From an uncultured cyanobacterium (GTDB taxonomy: Bacteria > Cyanobacteriota > Cyanobacteriia > PCC-6307 > Cyanobiaceae): a stretch of 64,000 bases of DNA. Under the pieces are notes generated by a model, which saw nothing but the letters and a program-made list of their open reading frames with translations, was not told the DNA's origin and searched no databases. Position numbers and translations under genes: made by a program. How positions within the stretch are numbered: position 1 is the stretch's first letter; every line of letters begins with the position of its first letter. Shown here piece by piece: positions 1 through 9,719 of the stretch. The DNA is taken from contig CAVONQ010000002.1 in NCBI GenBank assembly GCA_963697335.1, positions 128,001 through 192,000 on the forward strand, given 5' to 3'.

Positions 1-262
1 TGGAACTGGGAACGCAGGGTCGAAGGAGTGGAACTGGGCCCATGCTGCGAAACGGGTCCAGCCTGAAATGTTCGTGCTGATACCGGCGCCTGCTGGGGTG
101 CGGAGACGCGGATCAAGCAGGGGTCTGCCCGCTGGGGCCGAATGTGCCGTTCAGGGTCCCTTTCGGATGCGGACACTCTGACGCCTTGACCCCACCGGAC
201 GCCAGGGGCGGGGCATTGGCGTGGCTGATTGACGTGATCAGCCGGCCTGCCCCGCCGGGGGG

Positions 263-1624
263 CTAGAGGGTGCGCAGGCAGGCGGCCACCTGGTGGACTT
301 CCGGCAGGGCCTCGATGGCATCGAGAGCCTGGCGGAAGTGGGCCTCCAGCACTTCGTGGGTGATCACCACGATTTCGGCTCTGCTGCCCTCGCCCGCACC
401 ACCGGAACCCTCGCCGGCGTACTGGACGATTGACTGAATCGACACGCCAGCCTGGCCGAAGCAGCTGCCGATCTGGCCGATCACCCCCGCCTGGTCGCTG
501 GTGCGCAGCCGCACGTAGTTGCGGTGGGTGGTGAGGGCGCCATCCACCAGGGAGCACTGGCGCCAGTTGCCTGCCGCCAGCAGGGGATCCAACCCCCCAC
601 CCTGGGTTGCCGATCCGCCGCCGGTGGCCTGGCGGATGCCGGCGATGTTGAGGATGTCGGCGACCACGGCCGAGGCGGTGGGTCCGGCTCCGGCCCCGGG
701 CCCGTAGAACATCACCTGACCCACGGGGTCGCCCTCCACCAGGATGGCGTTGTTGACTCCGTTCACGCCCGCCAGGGGATGGCCCCGGGGCACCAGGGTG
801 GGGTGCACGCGCACATCGAGCTGCAGGCCCGTAGGGGTGGTGTCGGCTGGCGCCGGCGGCTCACTCCCCACCAGTTGGGCCACGGCGAGCAGCTTCACCA
901 CGAAGCCGAGCCGGGCGGCGTAGTCCACGTCCCGGGCGTCGAGCTGGTCGATGCCCTCGGTGGGAATGGCCTGGCGGGGCACCGTGCCCCCGTAGGCCAG
1001 GCGCGTGAGGATGGCGATCTTGTCGGCGGCATCGCCACCCTCCACGTCGGCGGCGGGATCGGCCTCGGCGTAGCCGAGCCGCTGGGCATCGGCGAGCACC
1101 TCGCCGTAGGCGGCCCCCTCGGCCGCCATCCGACTGAGGATGTAATTGGTGGTGCCGTTGATGATCCCGCTCACCCGCTGGATGCGGTTGCCGCCCAGGG
1201 ATTGCTTCAGCGGTTCGATGATCGGGATGCCGCCGCCCACGGCCGCCTCGATCAGCACATACACCCCCTTCTCGGCGGCCGCGGCGGCGATCTCATCCCC
1301 ATGGCGGGCGATCACGGCCTTGTTGGCGGTGACCACCGCCTTGCCGGCGGCGATCGCCCGCAGGATCAGGCTGCGGGCCGGCTCCAGGCCGCCCAATACC
1401 TCCACCACGATGTCCACGGCTGGGTCGTCGACCACGGCCTCGGGGCTGGTGGTGAGCAGGCCTGGCGCCAGGCTGAGGGGCCGGGGCCGCTCAAGATCGC
1501 GCACGGCGATGCGGCGGAGCTGCAGGTCGGCCACCAGGGGATGGCGGCCCTCAGGGCTGCTGAGGATGCTGGCCACACCGGCTCCCACCGTGCCCAGACC
1601 GAGCAAGCCGATGCCGATGGTCAT
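263..1624 (-). CDS. hom: Homoserine dehydrogenase with C-terminal ACT domain
   Basis: GLGTVG Rossmann motif, VVTANKA, EAAVGGGIP, GIINGTTNYIL, GYAEADP, GPGAGAGPTASAV; start taken at ATG 1624. Confidence 0.97.
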   Translation of the reverse strand: MTIGIGLLGLGTVGAGVASILSSPEGRHPLVADLQLRRIAVRDLERPRPLSLAPGLLTTSPEAVVDDPAVDIVVEVLGGLEPARSLILRAIAAGKAVVTANKAVIARHGDEIAAAAAEKGVYVLIEAAVGGGIPIIEPLKQSLGGNRIQRVSGIINGTTNYILSRMAAEGAAYGEVLADAQRLGYAEADPAADVEGGDAADKIAILTRLAYGGTVPRQAIPTEGIDQLDARDVDYAARLGFVVKLLAVAQLVGSEPPAPADTTPTGLQLDVRVHPTLVPRGHPLAGVNGVNNAILVEGDPVGQVMFYGPGAGAGPTASAVVADILNIAGIRQATGGGSATQGGGLDPLLAAGNWRQCSLVDGALTTHRNYVRLRTSDQAGVIGQIGSCFGQAGVSIQSIVQYAGEGSGGAGEGSRAEIVVITHEVLEAHFRQALDAIEALPEVHQVAACLRTL

Positions 1625-1655
1625 GCCGTGCACTGCGAAACCGCGATCCTAGAAA

Positions 1656-2090
1656 TCAGGCCGCCAGCGCTCCGGCCTGGGCCTGCATCAGCTTGAGGAT
1701 GTTCAGAAAGCCGTTGGCCCGCGACGGTGTGAGGCTGGTCTGCAACCCGGTGGCGGCGATGAAGCCGGGATCGATGGCGGCGGCCTGCTCGGGGGTGAGC
1801 CCCTCCATGGCCTGGATCAGCAGCGCCAGCAGCCCCTTGGTGATCGCCGCGTCGGAGTCACCCTGCCAGTGCAGGCGGCCCTCCTGGAGGGTGCCCACCA
1901 CATACACCTGGGACACGCAGCCCTTCACCTTGAAGGTGTCGGTGCGGAAGGCCTCCGGCAGGGGCTCGAGCTTCTTGGCCAGCCAGAGCACGTACTCGTA
2001 ACGGCGCCTGGGGTCGCTGGTGCCGGCCAGGCGCGCCACGATCTGATCGAGGGCGGGGCTGCCTGTGGCCCCGGGTGTGGGCTCAGCCAT
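1656..2090 (-). CDS. sufE: SufE family Fe-S cluster assembly sulfur acceptor
   Basis: KVKGCVSQVY and GDSDAAITKGL motifs, SLTPSRANGF. Confidence 0.95.
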   Translation of the reverse strand: MAEPTPGATGSPALDQIVARLAGTSDPRRRYEYVLWLAKKLEPLPEAFRTDTFKVKGCVSQVYVVGTLQEGRLHWQGDSDAAITKGLLALLIQAMEGLTPEQAAAIDPGFIAATGLQTSLTPSRANGFLNILKLMQAQAGALAA

Positions 2091-2094
2091 TCAG

Positions 2095-2628
2095 TCAGCG
2101 GCGACGACGCAGGGCCAGCATGGCGGCTGCGCCCCCACCGATGGCGCTCATGCCCAGCAGCCAGCCCGTGGAAGGCGGCAGGGCCAGGGGACGGATCGGG
2201 CGGCTGGGGGCGCTGGCCTCGAGGCCGGGGGCTGGTGTCTGGGAGCCCGGCAGTTCGAGGTAGTCGCGGTGGCCAGGGCCCCGGTCCACCTGAACCTCCC
2301 AGTCGGGGCTGGCCTGGCTGGGCAGGCTGAAGCGCAGGCGCCCCTCAGCGTCGGTGCGGCCCACTTCAATGGGCTGGCCACCGGGGGGCATCAGCCGAAC
2401 GATGGCCTCATCGGCCGGTTCGCCGGTGCCGAAACGGCTCTCCAGCAGAAAGTCGTTGTTGAGGGCGGTGACGCGATCCAGGCTGCTCTCGATGGCATGG
2501 GCCCGGGCCGGCGGGGCAGCGGCGCCAGCCCCCAGAGCCAGGGCCGTGGCGGTGACGAGGGCCGGAGCCAGGCAGCGCAGCGAGGCGGTGGGTCGCCGGC
2601 GGGCGACAAGCTCAGAGACTGCAGCCAT
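2095..2628 (-). CDS. Exported, C-terminally anchored protein resembling NikL-type/carboxypeptidase-regulatory-like components of Ni/Co uptake systems
   Basis: Signal peptide ending ARA-HAIES, GRTDAEGRLRF, GPGHRD, C-terminal TM helix followed by RRRR. Confidence 0.5.
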   Translation of the reverse strand: MAAVSELVARRRPTASLRCLAPALVTATALALGAGAAAPPARAHAIESSLDRVTALNNDFLLESRFGTGEPADEAIVRLMPPGGQPIEVGRTDAEGRLRFSLPSQASPDWEVQVDRGPGHRDYLELPGSQTPAPGLEASAPSRPIRPLALPPSTGWLLGMSAIGGGAAAMLALRRRR

Positions 2629-2655
2629 GGGGTCCAGAGGCGAGGAACAAGAGGC

Positions 2656-2802
2656 TCAGGAATCCTGCCAGCGACTGTCACGGCTCTGGCCCGCCTGCAC
2701 CATCCGCACCATCGAGCTGACCATCATCGAGAGGGCGTCGTGGGTGTCGCCCCGGCCAGCCAGCTCGGAGGCGAGCACGCGATCGGCGGCACTCGGGGCC
2801 AT
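2656..2802 (-). CDS. Small hypothetical protein (start may be GTG 2841)
   Basis: ORF MAPSAADRVLASELAGRGDTHDALSMMVSSMVRMVQAG fills the gap in a minus-strand gene run. Confidence 0.5.
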   Translation of the reverse strand: MAPSAADRVLASELAGRGDTHDALSMMVSSMVRMVQAGQSRDSRWQDS

Positions 2803-2912
2803 GGCAGGGGTGGGCGCAGCCAGCTTCACAGACAGATTCACAGAACTCAGTGGGGCCGTTGGCGAGATCTTCGCAAATACCCCCGGCAGCTGAGCTGCCT
2901 GCCGAGGCTTTG

Positions 2913-3554
2913 TCAAGGTTTGTCGTGACCGTCCAGAGCTGTATCGCCCAGCCAGTGCACGCCCAGCTCCGTGAGCCAGCCATCCAACGGCACATCCCAG
3001 GGATCGCTGGGCAGGCGGTCGCACAGGCAGCCGGAGGGCAGCACGGCCAGGGCCGGCAGCCGCCGCCAGGACTCCTGGCGGCGCAGCCGGTCGTACCAGC
3101 CGCCGCCGTAACCCAGCCGCACCCCCTGCCGGTCAATGGCCAGGGCCGGCACCAGCAGCAGTGCCAGGGCTTCGGGCTCCAGGCGGCCCGCCAGCTGCAG
3201 CGGGGCCTGGATGCCGCAGGCATCGGCGGCCAGGGGTTCCCCCGGTTGCCAGGGCCGGTAGTCGAGGCGCCCATCGGCAATGGCCGGTAGGGCCAGGTGC
3301 CTGCACCAGGCGGGGGTTGCCGTCAGCAGGGGACGCAGATCCGGCTCCCCCGCCAGGGGCCAGTAGAAGCCCAGCCGGCCCTGCCGCCCTCCCAACCCAG
3401 GGGGCGAGTCCCCCTGGGTTGGGGAGCCGGCCTGGGCCAGCAGGACCGCCAGCTGCCGCTGCAACGCCGCACTGCAGCCGGGCAGCAGCTCTCGGCGGCG
3501 GGCCCGGAACCTGGCTCTCAGAGCCTCTTTGCTGGTGCCATGGGGCTGCTGCAT
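2913..3554 (-). CDS. 5-formyltetrahydrofolate cyclo-ligase
   Basis: N-terminal KEALRARFRARR, YWPLAGEPD, LVPALAIDRQGVRLGYGGGWYDR, DPWDVPLD. Confidence 0.93.
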   Translation of the reverse strand: MQQPHGTSKEALRARFRARRRELLPGCSAALQRQLAVLLAQAGSPTQGDSPPGLGGRQGRLGFYWPLAGEPDLRPLLTATPAWCRHLALPAIADGRLDYRPWQPGEPLAADACGIQAPLQLAGRLEPEALALLLVPALAIDRQGVRLGYGGGWYDRLRRQESWRRLPALAVLPSGCLCDRLPSDPWDVPLDGWLTELGVHWLGDTALDGHDKP

Positions 3555-3566
3555 CTCGGGGCCGGC

Positions 3567-4049
3567 TCAGCGCTGGAACCAGCCGGTGAGCGCTGCGGCC
3601 AGGGCATCGGCGGCATCATCCGGCCGGGGCGGAGTGTCGAGGCCCAGCTCGCGCATCACGGCCTCCAGCACCTCCACCTTGTCGGCATGGCCATGGCCCG
3701 TGAGGGCCTGCTTGATCTGCATCGGCGGCAGCTCCACCACCGGCACCCGGAAGCGGGCCAGGGTCATGATCACCACCCCCCGGGCCTGGACCACGGCGAT
3801 CGTGGTGCTGGAGCGGTAGAAGAAGAACTTCTCCACCACGGCCAGATCCGGTCGCCAGGTGCGCAGCAGCTGCCTCAGATCGCTGGCGATCTCCACCATC
3901 CGCTCGCCCTCACTGCGCCCCGGCGCCGTGGTCACGATGCCGCAGTCCAGCAGCTGCTGCCTGGGCTCCCCGGCGGGGCCGGGCTCCTCCACATCGATCA
4001 CGCCGTAGCCCACCCTCGCCAGCCCAGGGTCGATGCCGAGGATGCGCAC
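3567..4049 (-). CDS. ruvC: Holliday junction resolvase RuvC
   Basis: MRILGIDPGLARVGYG, VEKFFF, QARGV, GHGHADK, DDAADALA. Confidence 0.97.
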   Translation of the reverse strand: MRILGIDPGLARVGYGVIDVEEPGPAGEPRQQLLDCGIVTTAPGRSEGERMVEIASDLRQLLRTWRPDLAVVEKFFFYRSSTTIAVVQARGVVIMTLARFRVPVVELPPMQIKQALTGHGHADKVEVLEAVMRELGLDTPPRPDDAADALAAALTGWFQR

Positions 4050-4061
4050 AGCCGCGGCCGC

Positions 4062-5150
4062 CTAGGCCGCAAGGGCCAGTTCGAACTGACTGCGATCGCT
4101 CGGTTCGGCCCGCTCGAACACCTTGCAGAACACCTTCACCACCCGGTCGCCCGAGTCGATCTGCTCCAGGGGGTCCTTGCGCAGGCGGTGGCGCAGGCAG
4201 CAGGCCGCCACCCGGGCCACGTCGTGGTCGTCCACGTCGGTGCGGCCCTCAAAGGCGGCCAGGGCCCTGGCCGCCCGGTTGGTCACGATGTCGCCGCGCA
4301 GGCCATCCACGTTGAGATCGCCGCAGATGGCGGAGATGCGGATGCGGAGCTCATCGTCGATGCGCACCTGGGGGAGACGCTGCTGGGCCTCCACCACCCG
4401 TTCCTGAAGGGCGTCCTGGCGGCTCTGGACGGCGTCGTTGAAGCCATCGGGGTCCTGGTCGAAGGCGGTGCGCTGGTCCACCACCTGCACCCGCAGCTCC
4501 GGATCCCGCACGGTGCGCACCTCCACGCTCATGCCGAAGCGATCCAGCAGCTGGGGCCGCAGCTCGCCCTCCTCGGGGTTGCCGGAGCCGATCAGCACAA
4601 AGCGGGCCGGGTGGCGCACGCTGACGCCCTCCCGCTCCACCGTGTTCCAGCCCGACGCCGCCGAATCCAGCAGCACGTCCACCAGGTGGTCGTCGAGCAG
4701 GTTCACCTCGTCCACGTAGAGCAGGCCCCTGTTGGCCTTGGCCAGCAGGCCCGGCTCAAAGGCGCGCACCCCCTCGCTGAGGGCTCGCTCGATGTCGATG
4801 GTGCCGCAGAGCCTGTCTTCGGTGGCGCCCAGGGGCAGATCCACCATCGGCACCTGGCGCTGCTCCACCGGCAACTGCTCCCCGGCCTCGGCTCGCTGGC
4901 GCACCTCGGCACTCTGGAGGTCGGGATCCTCCGGAGAGCTGTTGTAGGGATCGCCCTCCACCACCGGAATGCCTGGCAGCAGATCGGCCAGCGCCCGGAT
5001 CGTGGTGCTCTTGCCCGTGCCCCGGTCGCCCATGATCATCACGCCGCCGATGCGCGGGTCGATCACATTCAGCAGCAGGGCCAGCTTCATCTCCTCCTGG
5101 CCCACGATGGCGGTGAAGGGGAAGACCCGGCGCTTGCGGGCTTGCGTCAC
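4062..5150 (-). CDS. chlI: Magnesium chelatase ATPase subunit I
   Basis: GTG start overlapping the upstream stop; FPFTAIVGQEEMK, GDRGTGKST, LYVDEVNLL, GNPEEGELRPQLLDRFG. Confidence 0.97.
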   Translation of the reverse strand: MTQARKRRVFPFTAIVGQEEMKLALLLNVIDPRIGGVMIMGDRGTGKSTTIRALADLLPGIPVVEGDPYNSSPEDPDLQSAEVRQRAEAGEQLPVEQRQVPMVDLPLGATEDRLCGTIDIERALSEGVRAFEPGLLAKANRGLLYVDEVNLLDDHLVDVLLDSAASGWNTVEREGVSVRHPARFVLIGSGNPEEGELRPQLLDRFGMSVEVRTVRDPELRVQVVDQRTAFDQDPDGFNDAVQSRQDALQERVVEAQQRLPQVRIDDELRIRISAICGDLNVDGLRGDIVTNRAARALAAFEGRTDVDDHDVARVAACCLRHRLRKDPLEQIDSGDRVVKVFCKVFERAEPSDRSQFELALAA

Positions 5151-6625
5151 GGTTGGCTGCTGGCTGGGGTCGGAGGGGATTGTTTCACAGGCAACAGGCT
5201 GAGCACCTGGGGCGGGGTGGCATCGGCGGGGTAGATCAGGCGCACCCGCAGGTTGCGCTGGGCCCCAGGCGCCAGGCTCACCGTGCCCAGGGCCGGACCC
5301 TCCTCCCCGGCCCGCTGCACCAGGTGGAAACGCCGGCGGCTGCTGGGCCGGCCCCCCGGGCCATCCAGGCCGGTCACTTCGATCGGGCCGCGGAACATCA
5401 CGGCCCGGGAGGGGGTGACGTTGAAGCGCAGGCCCCCCTGGGCCTGGTCGCCCTTGATCGGTGATTCCAGGGCCAGCTGCAGGGTCACCGGGGCTCGGCC
5501 GGTGTTGCGCAGCGGCAGGCTGATGTCGTATTCCACGCCGTAGTTGCCGTGGGCGGCCCAGGCGGTGCCCGGGTAGAAGGCCTTGAGCTCGGCGGTCTGG
5601 ATCTGGTCGGTGCCGAGGCTGCCCCGATCCAGCGAGGCGATCGGCCAGGAGATCGGCGCGGCGGAGGCGCTCAGCCAGCGCTGGCCGGGATCGGTGATGG
5701 TGCCGCGCCAGGTGCTGCCGATCTGCACCCCCGCGACGCGGGAGTAGATGATCCGGCCCTTCGCCCCCCGGGGGGTGGGGGTGTGTTCCTTGGGGCTGAG
5801 GCCGCCATCGAGCAGCTTGGCCCAGGTGTCCGCCGGCGGGGGCGCGTCGTTGGGGCCGAAGGCGGCCAGGGTGGCCAGGCTCACCGGGCCACTGCTCTGC
5901 AGCCGCAGCTGCAGATTGCGGCCGTTCAGCAGCGGATCCAGGCCGCGCACGGGCAAAGGCAGCACCAGCAGGGTGCTGGGACCGCCGGCAGGGAGGGTCC
6001 ACTGGCGCGGAATCTCCGGGCTGACGGTGCGGGCCAGCAGCTCGGTGGCCACCCGGCTGCCCGGGCCGGCATAGGCCGGGCTGGTGGTTTCCGCCAGCAG
6101 CGGCGGCAGGGGCAGGAAAGGTGCCCCCGCCATGGCCGGATCGAGCGACTGGGACAGGGCCGTGGAGCCCCCCAGCAGGGTGAGTGTCACCGGCGCCGGC
6201 CCCCGGGGCTGGGCCACCACCGCCAGCCAGAGGGTGGAATCAAGGGCTTCCGGCTTGCCGGCATAGACGTGATGGCTGAACAGGTCGAAGCGGCCGTTGA
6301 GGGGCACATCGAGGTGGGCCTCCGGCACGGGGCGGCCGCTGCCCGCAAAGGTGGAGATCAGGATGCCCGGCCCGCTGATCAGCTCCGGGTTGTTGTCGTT
6401 CACCACCAGCACCGCATCGAGCCCGCCCGGCAGCGGCGCCACGGTCTGGGGCCTGAGCAGGGGTCTGGGGGGCGGCGCCGTCGTTGCTGCCGGGGCTGGA
6501 GCGGCGGCAGCCGGGGCGGGGGCTGCGGCCTCGAGGAGCAGGGCGCTGGCGCCGGTGGCGGCCACGCTGCTGGCGGCCAAGGTGCCGGCGGCGAGCAGGG
6601 AACGGATCAGGGAGGTCATGGTCAT
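5147..6625 (-). CDS. Secreted cyanobacterial protein, DUF3370-like
   Basis: Signal peptide; PLPGGLD, NDNNPELI, FDLFSHH, AHGNYGVEYD, YPADATPPQVL. Confidence 0.8.
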   Translation of the reverse strand: MTMTSLIRSLLAAGTLAASSVAATGASALLLEAAAPAPAAAAPAPAATTAPPPRPLLRPQTVAPLPGGLDAVLVVNDNNPELISGPGILISTFAGSGRPVPEAHLDVPLNGRFDLFSHHVYAGKPEALDSTLWLAVVAQPRGPAPVTLTLLGGSTALSQSLDPAMAGAPFLPLPPLLAETTSPAYAGPGSRVATELLARTVSPEIPRQWTLPAGGPSTLLVLPLPVRGLDPLLNGRNLQLRLQSSGPVSLATLAAFGPNDAPPPADTWAKLLDGGLSPKEHTPTPRGAKGRIIYSRVAGVQIGSTWRGTITDPGQRWLSASAAPISWPIASLDRGSLGTDQIQTAELKAFYPGTAWAAHGNYGVEYDISLPLRNTGRAPVTLQLALESPIKGDQAQGGLRFNVTPSRAVMFRGPIEVTGLDGPGGRPSSRRRFHLVQRAGEEGPALGTVSLAPGAQRNLRVRLIYPADATPPQVLSLLPVKQSPPTPASSQP

Positions 6626-7710
6626 CGGCGGCCCACAAGGGTTTTGGCGGCCTCAGCGGCCATGGAGCGGATCAGATCGGCGGAGCGGGGGTCGTTGAAG
6701 GGCCCCTTCACCATGAAGGCGGCCACGGCGCGCTGGCCGGTGGGCAGGTGGATCAGGGCGGCATCGGAGTAGGCGATGCCGATGTCGCCGGTCTTGTTGT
6801 AGGCGGTCACACCGAAGCTGAGCAGTTCGTTGTCGGGGTCGGCGGCGTCCTTGCCCAGGCCCTGGAGCAGTCCCAGGGGAATCAGGGTGTCGGTGCGGGA
6901 GGTGGCCATGATTTCACGAAACAGATCCCGGGCCCGGGGGCTCAGTTTCTCGCCGGTGTCCACCAGGGCGATGGAGCGGGCCAGATCCCGGGCGCTGGTG
7001 GTGTTGGTGCCATCGAGATCCGGCAGCCAGTTGTTCACCACGGTGGCGGGCAGTCCGAGGGCCTGGAAACGGGCATTGAGGCTGGTCTTGCCCCCCAGCC
7101 GCTTGATCAGCAGGTTGGTGGCGCTGTTGTCACTCACCCGGATCATCTCGGTGGCCGCCTCGAAGAACGGGAAGCGAGTGCCCACGGGCTTGCTGGCCAT
7201 CCAGCCGGCGCCACCGCCCACCAGCTCCTTGGTGAGGGGCAGGGGCTCGTTCCAGCGGATCTTGCCGCTGTCCACGTCCTCCAGGCCCGCCAGCAGGATG
7301 GGCGTCTTGATCGAGCTGGCCGCCGGCAGGGCCTGATCCGGCGCCAGCTGGGCGAAGCGGCCATCGTCGAGCACCAGCAGAAAACCGCTGGCCTGCAGGC
7401 CTTTCTGGGCCGCCGCCAACTGGGCCCAGCTCTTGCTGAGGGCGGTGAGCTCCTGCTTCGGTAGGAAGAGTCCCGACTTCAGGCCCCTACTCGCCAGGGC
7501 CGCGCCCTGGGTGGCTGACTCCCCAGGGGCTGAGCCGCCACTGACGTTCAGGCTGGGGAGGGAGCCATTGGCCACGTAGGGGGCCAGCAGTTTCAGGGCC
7601 GTGCCCGCCAGAATCCCTATCCCCACCCCCATCACGGTGAGCCGCAGCAGCAGCCGCAGCGGTTGTCCCCAGCCCGCACGGGGAGCCTGGGGGGGGCGGC
7701 CAGCAGTCAA
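6622..7710 (-). CDS. Class A beta-lactamase-like serine hydrolase (cyanobacterial PBP-A type)
   Basis: N-terminal TM; SxxK (ASSIK), SDN and KTG motifs; short omega loop NWLPDLDGTN. Confidence 0.88.
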   Translation of the reverse strand: MTAGRPPQAPRAGWGQPLRLLLRLTVMGVGIGILAGTALKLLAPYVANGSLPSLNVSGGSAPGESATQGAALASRGLKSGLFLPKQELTALSKSWAQLAAAQKGLQASGFLLVLDDGRFAQLAPDQALPAASSIKTPILLAGLEDVDSGKIRWNEPLPLTKELVGGGAGWMASKPVGTRFPFFEAATEMIRVSDNSATNLLIKRLGGKTSLNARFQALGLPATVVNNWLPDLDGTNTTSARDLARSIALVDTGEKLSPRARDLFREIMATSRTDTLIPLGLLQGLGKDAADPDNELLSFGVTAYNKTGDIGIAYSDAALIHLPTGQRAVAAFMVKGPFNDPRSADLIRSMAAEAAKTLVGRR

Positions 7711-7737
7711 CGCAGTTCGGAACGGATGGCCCCGACG

Positions 7738-8529
7738 CTAAGGGGCTGTCTTGCCCTTGCCCCCCGGGGGGATGGCGCCCTGTTGGCTGGCCCAGCGCAG
7801 CTGGCGGACCATCCCCCGCAGCAGGGCGGTGTCCTCGCTGGTGGGGGTGGCGCGCTGGAGCAGGGCGCGCAGCTTGGCCATCCGCGCCCGGGCGGTGTGG
7901 GGGTAGAGGAAGCCCACGGCCAGGAGCAGGGACTCGGCATCGCTGAGCAGATCCTCGAGCTCGCCGCGGCGGCACGGCTCCAGGCTGGCCTGGCTTGCCG
8001 GAGCGGGCCCTGCCAGGGCCTGCCAGGAGTGAAGAGCCAGCGCAACGGCATGGGAGAGGTTGAGGGAGCGGTAGGGGGTGGCGGTGTCCAGGTGCAGCAG
8101 GCAGCCGGCCTGCAGCAGTTCATCGTTGCTGAGGCCCCGGTCCTCCCGGCCGAACACCAGCGCCACGAGCTTGTCCGGCGGCCCATCGGCCAGCCAGGTG
8201 AGGGCCGGAATGGCGCCCAGCAGCGGCAGGGGCTCCCCCTCACCGCGGCCGCTGGTGGCGACCACCCGGTGGCAGTCGGCCAGGGCTGCCGCCAGGTGGG
8301 GGAACATCCGGGCCCGCTCCAGGTGCTCCACCCCGTGGACGGCCATGCGGCGGGCCTCCTCGCCGAGGGGATCACAGCGGGGGGCCACCAGCCGCAGTTC
8401 CTGAACATCGAAGTTGGCGCAGAGGCGCGCCACGCTGCCCACGTTGAGGGGGCCGGCAGGCTCCACCAGCACCACCGCCAGCGGCGAGACCCCCTGCCGG
8501 GGAGGGCTCGCCTCGGGGGGCTGTGTCAC
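7738..8529 (-). CDS. TrmJ/LasT-family SPOUT tRNA/rRNA methyltransferase
   Basis: VVLVEPAGPLNVGSVARLCANF, VFGREDRGLSNDEL, SLNLSHAV. Confidence 0.92.
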   Translation of the reverse strand: MTQPPEASPPRQGVSPLAVVLVEPAGPLNVGSVARLCANFDVQELRLVAPRCDPLGEEARRMAVHGVEHLERARMFPHLAAALADCHRVVATSGRGEGEPLPLLGAIPALTWLADGPPDKLVALVFGREDRGLSNDELLQAGCLLHLDTATPYRSLNLSHAVALALHSWQALAGPAPASQASLEPCRRGELEDLLSDAESLLLAVGFLYPHTARARMAKLRALLQRATPTSEDTALLRGMVRQLRWASQQGAIPPGGKGKTAP

Positions 8530-8903
8530 ACCAGCCCGTTCAGGTAGGCCAGCAGATCCGCCATGGCCTGGGGTTCGGGCTGGAAGCGCGGCATCGGCGG
8601 CGTGCGGCCGCTCACCACCTGCTGAATCAACTGGCGCTGGTTCTTGCGCTGGGAGACGCCGTGCAGGTCGGGGCCCACCAGGCCCTGGGCGGCAATGCCG
8701 TGGCAGCCGCTGCAGTTGAGCCTGAACAGCTGGGCCCCGTGCTCCACCGACCCCCGCAGTTCCAGGGTCTGGCGGGTGTAGGGGTCTCGGCGCGAGGCCG
8801 GCAGCACCAGCAGGGCCACCACCACGCAGGCCGCCGCCGCCGCCAGCACGAGGGCCGCCACCAGGCCCCGGGGAATGGAGGGTTGGACGATCTGGCCGGT
8901 CAT
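8526..8903 (-). CDS. cytM: Cytochrome cM
   Basis: TM anchor, DPYTRQTL, CSGCH heme motif, GRTPPMPRF; divergent from petG. Confidence 0.88.
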   Translation of the reverse strand: MTGQIVQPSIPRGLVAALVLAAAAACVVVALLVLPASRRDPYTRQTLELRGSVEHGAQLFRLNCSGCHGIAAQGLVGPDLHGVSQRKNQRQLIQQVVSGRTPPMPRFQPEPQAMADLLAYLNGLV

Positions 8904-8939
8904 CGAGGCTGGTGGGGGCTGCAGGGCACGGATGAAGCT

Positions 8940-9719
8940 CTACGGACGTGGCGAGGCAGGATCAACGTTGGCATTGCCTGCCACAACAATGGCGCTGCCC
9001 ATGGGAAGATTGTGGACTGAGGCCTGTTCCGCGTCCCCATGATCGAACCCCTGCTCTGCGGCATCGTGCTCGGCCTGGTCCCTGTGACGCTGCTGGGTCT
9101 GTTCGTGGCCGCCTGGAACCAGTACCGCCGCGGCAGCGTCCTCGACGCCTGACGGGCTGCAGGCCCCCAGGATCAGCACGCTGGTGGAGCCGTAGCGCCG
9201 CAGCTGCAGCACCGACCATGCCGGTGGCACGGCCGGAACATCGTCGCTGGCGCATTCCAGCAGCAGCTTGCCCTGGCTCCTGAGCCAGCCGCCCGTGGCG
9301 ATGGCCTGGGCGATGGCTGGGTAGAGACCCGCCCGGTAGGGCGGATCGGCGTAGATCAGGTCGAAGGGCTGGCCGGGGCAGCCCCGCTGCAGCCAGCGCA
9401 CCACCTCGCAGCAGTGCACCTGCGCCTGGCCAGGGCCTGGTCCAGCCGCCGGCAAGCCGCCCAGCACCAGCTCCAGGTTGCGCCGGGCCAGGGAGGCCAG
9501 GCGGCGGTCCTGCTCCACGGCCATCACCAGCCGGGCGCCGCGCTGCAGGGCCTCGCAGGCCATGGCGCCGCTGCCGGTGCAGAGGTCCAGCCAGCGGCAG
9601 CCGGCCAGAACGGGGGCCAGGTGATTGAGCACGGCCTGCCTCACCCGTGCCGGCGTGGGCCGGGCCTTGGCGCCCGCAGGGCTCTCGAGCTTGCGGCCGC
9701 CGCTCAGGCGCAGGCTCAC
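8940..9719 (-). CDS. rsmD: 16S rRNA (guanine966-N2)-methyltransferase RsmD; the ORF tail runs antisense over petG
   Basis: [36 protein letters not shown]. Confidence 0.9.
   Translation of the reverse strand: MSLRLSGGRKLESPAGAKARPTPARVRQAVLNHLAPVLAGCRWLDLCTGSGAMACEALQRGARLVMAVEQDRRLASLARRNLELVLGGLPAAGPGPGQAQVHCCEVVRWLQRGCPGQPFDLIYADPPYRAGLYPAIAQAIATGGWLRSQGKLLLECASDDVPAVPPAWSVLQLRRYGSTSVLILGACSPSGVEDAAAAVLVPGGHEQTQQRHRDQAEHDAAEQGFDHGDAEQASVHNLPMGSAIVVAGNANVDPASPRP
9039..9152 (+). CDS. petG: Cytochrome b6f complex subunit V (37 aa, below the ORF-track cutoff)
   Basis: Manual translation [37 protein letters not shown]. Confidence 0.96.
   Translation: MIEPLLCGIVLGLVPVTLLGLFVAAWNQYRRGSVLDA

Noticed and set aside
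1..262. Riboswitch or NtcA site (GTT-N8-TAC at 70-83; TGGAACTGGG repeated at 1 and 29)
   Set aside because: No recognisable aptamer consensus, the NtcA match is imperfect and the downstream gene lies outside the window
2160..2185. LPXTG sortase signal in the NikL-like protein
   Set aside because: The sequence is LPPSTG, not LPXTG, and no sortase is visible; more simply a TM anchor
6622..7710. Beta-lactam resistance gene
   Set aside because: Membrane-anchored, with a short omega loop lacking an evident Glu166 equivalent; fits housekeeping cyanobacterial PBP-A-like proteins
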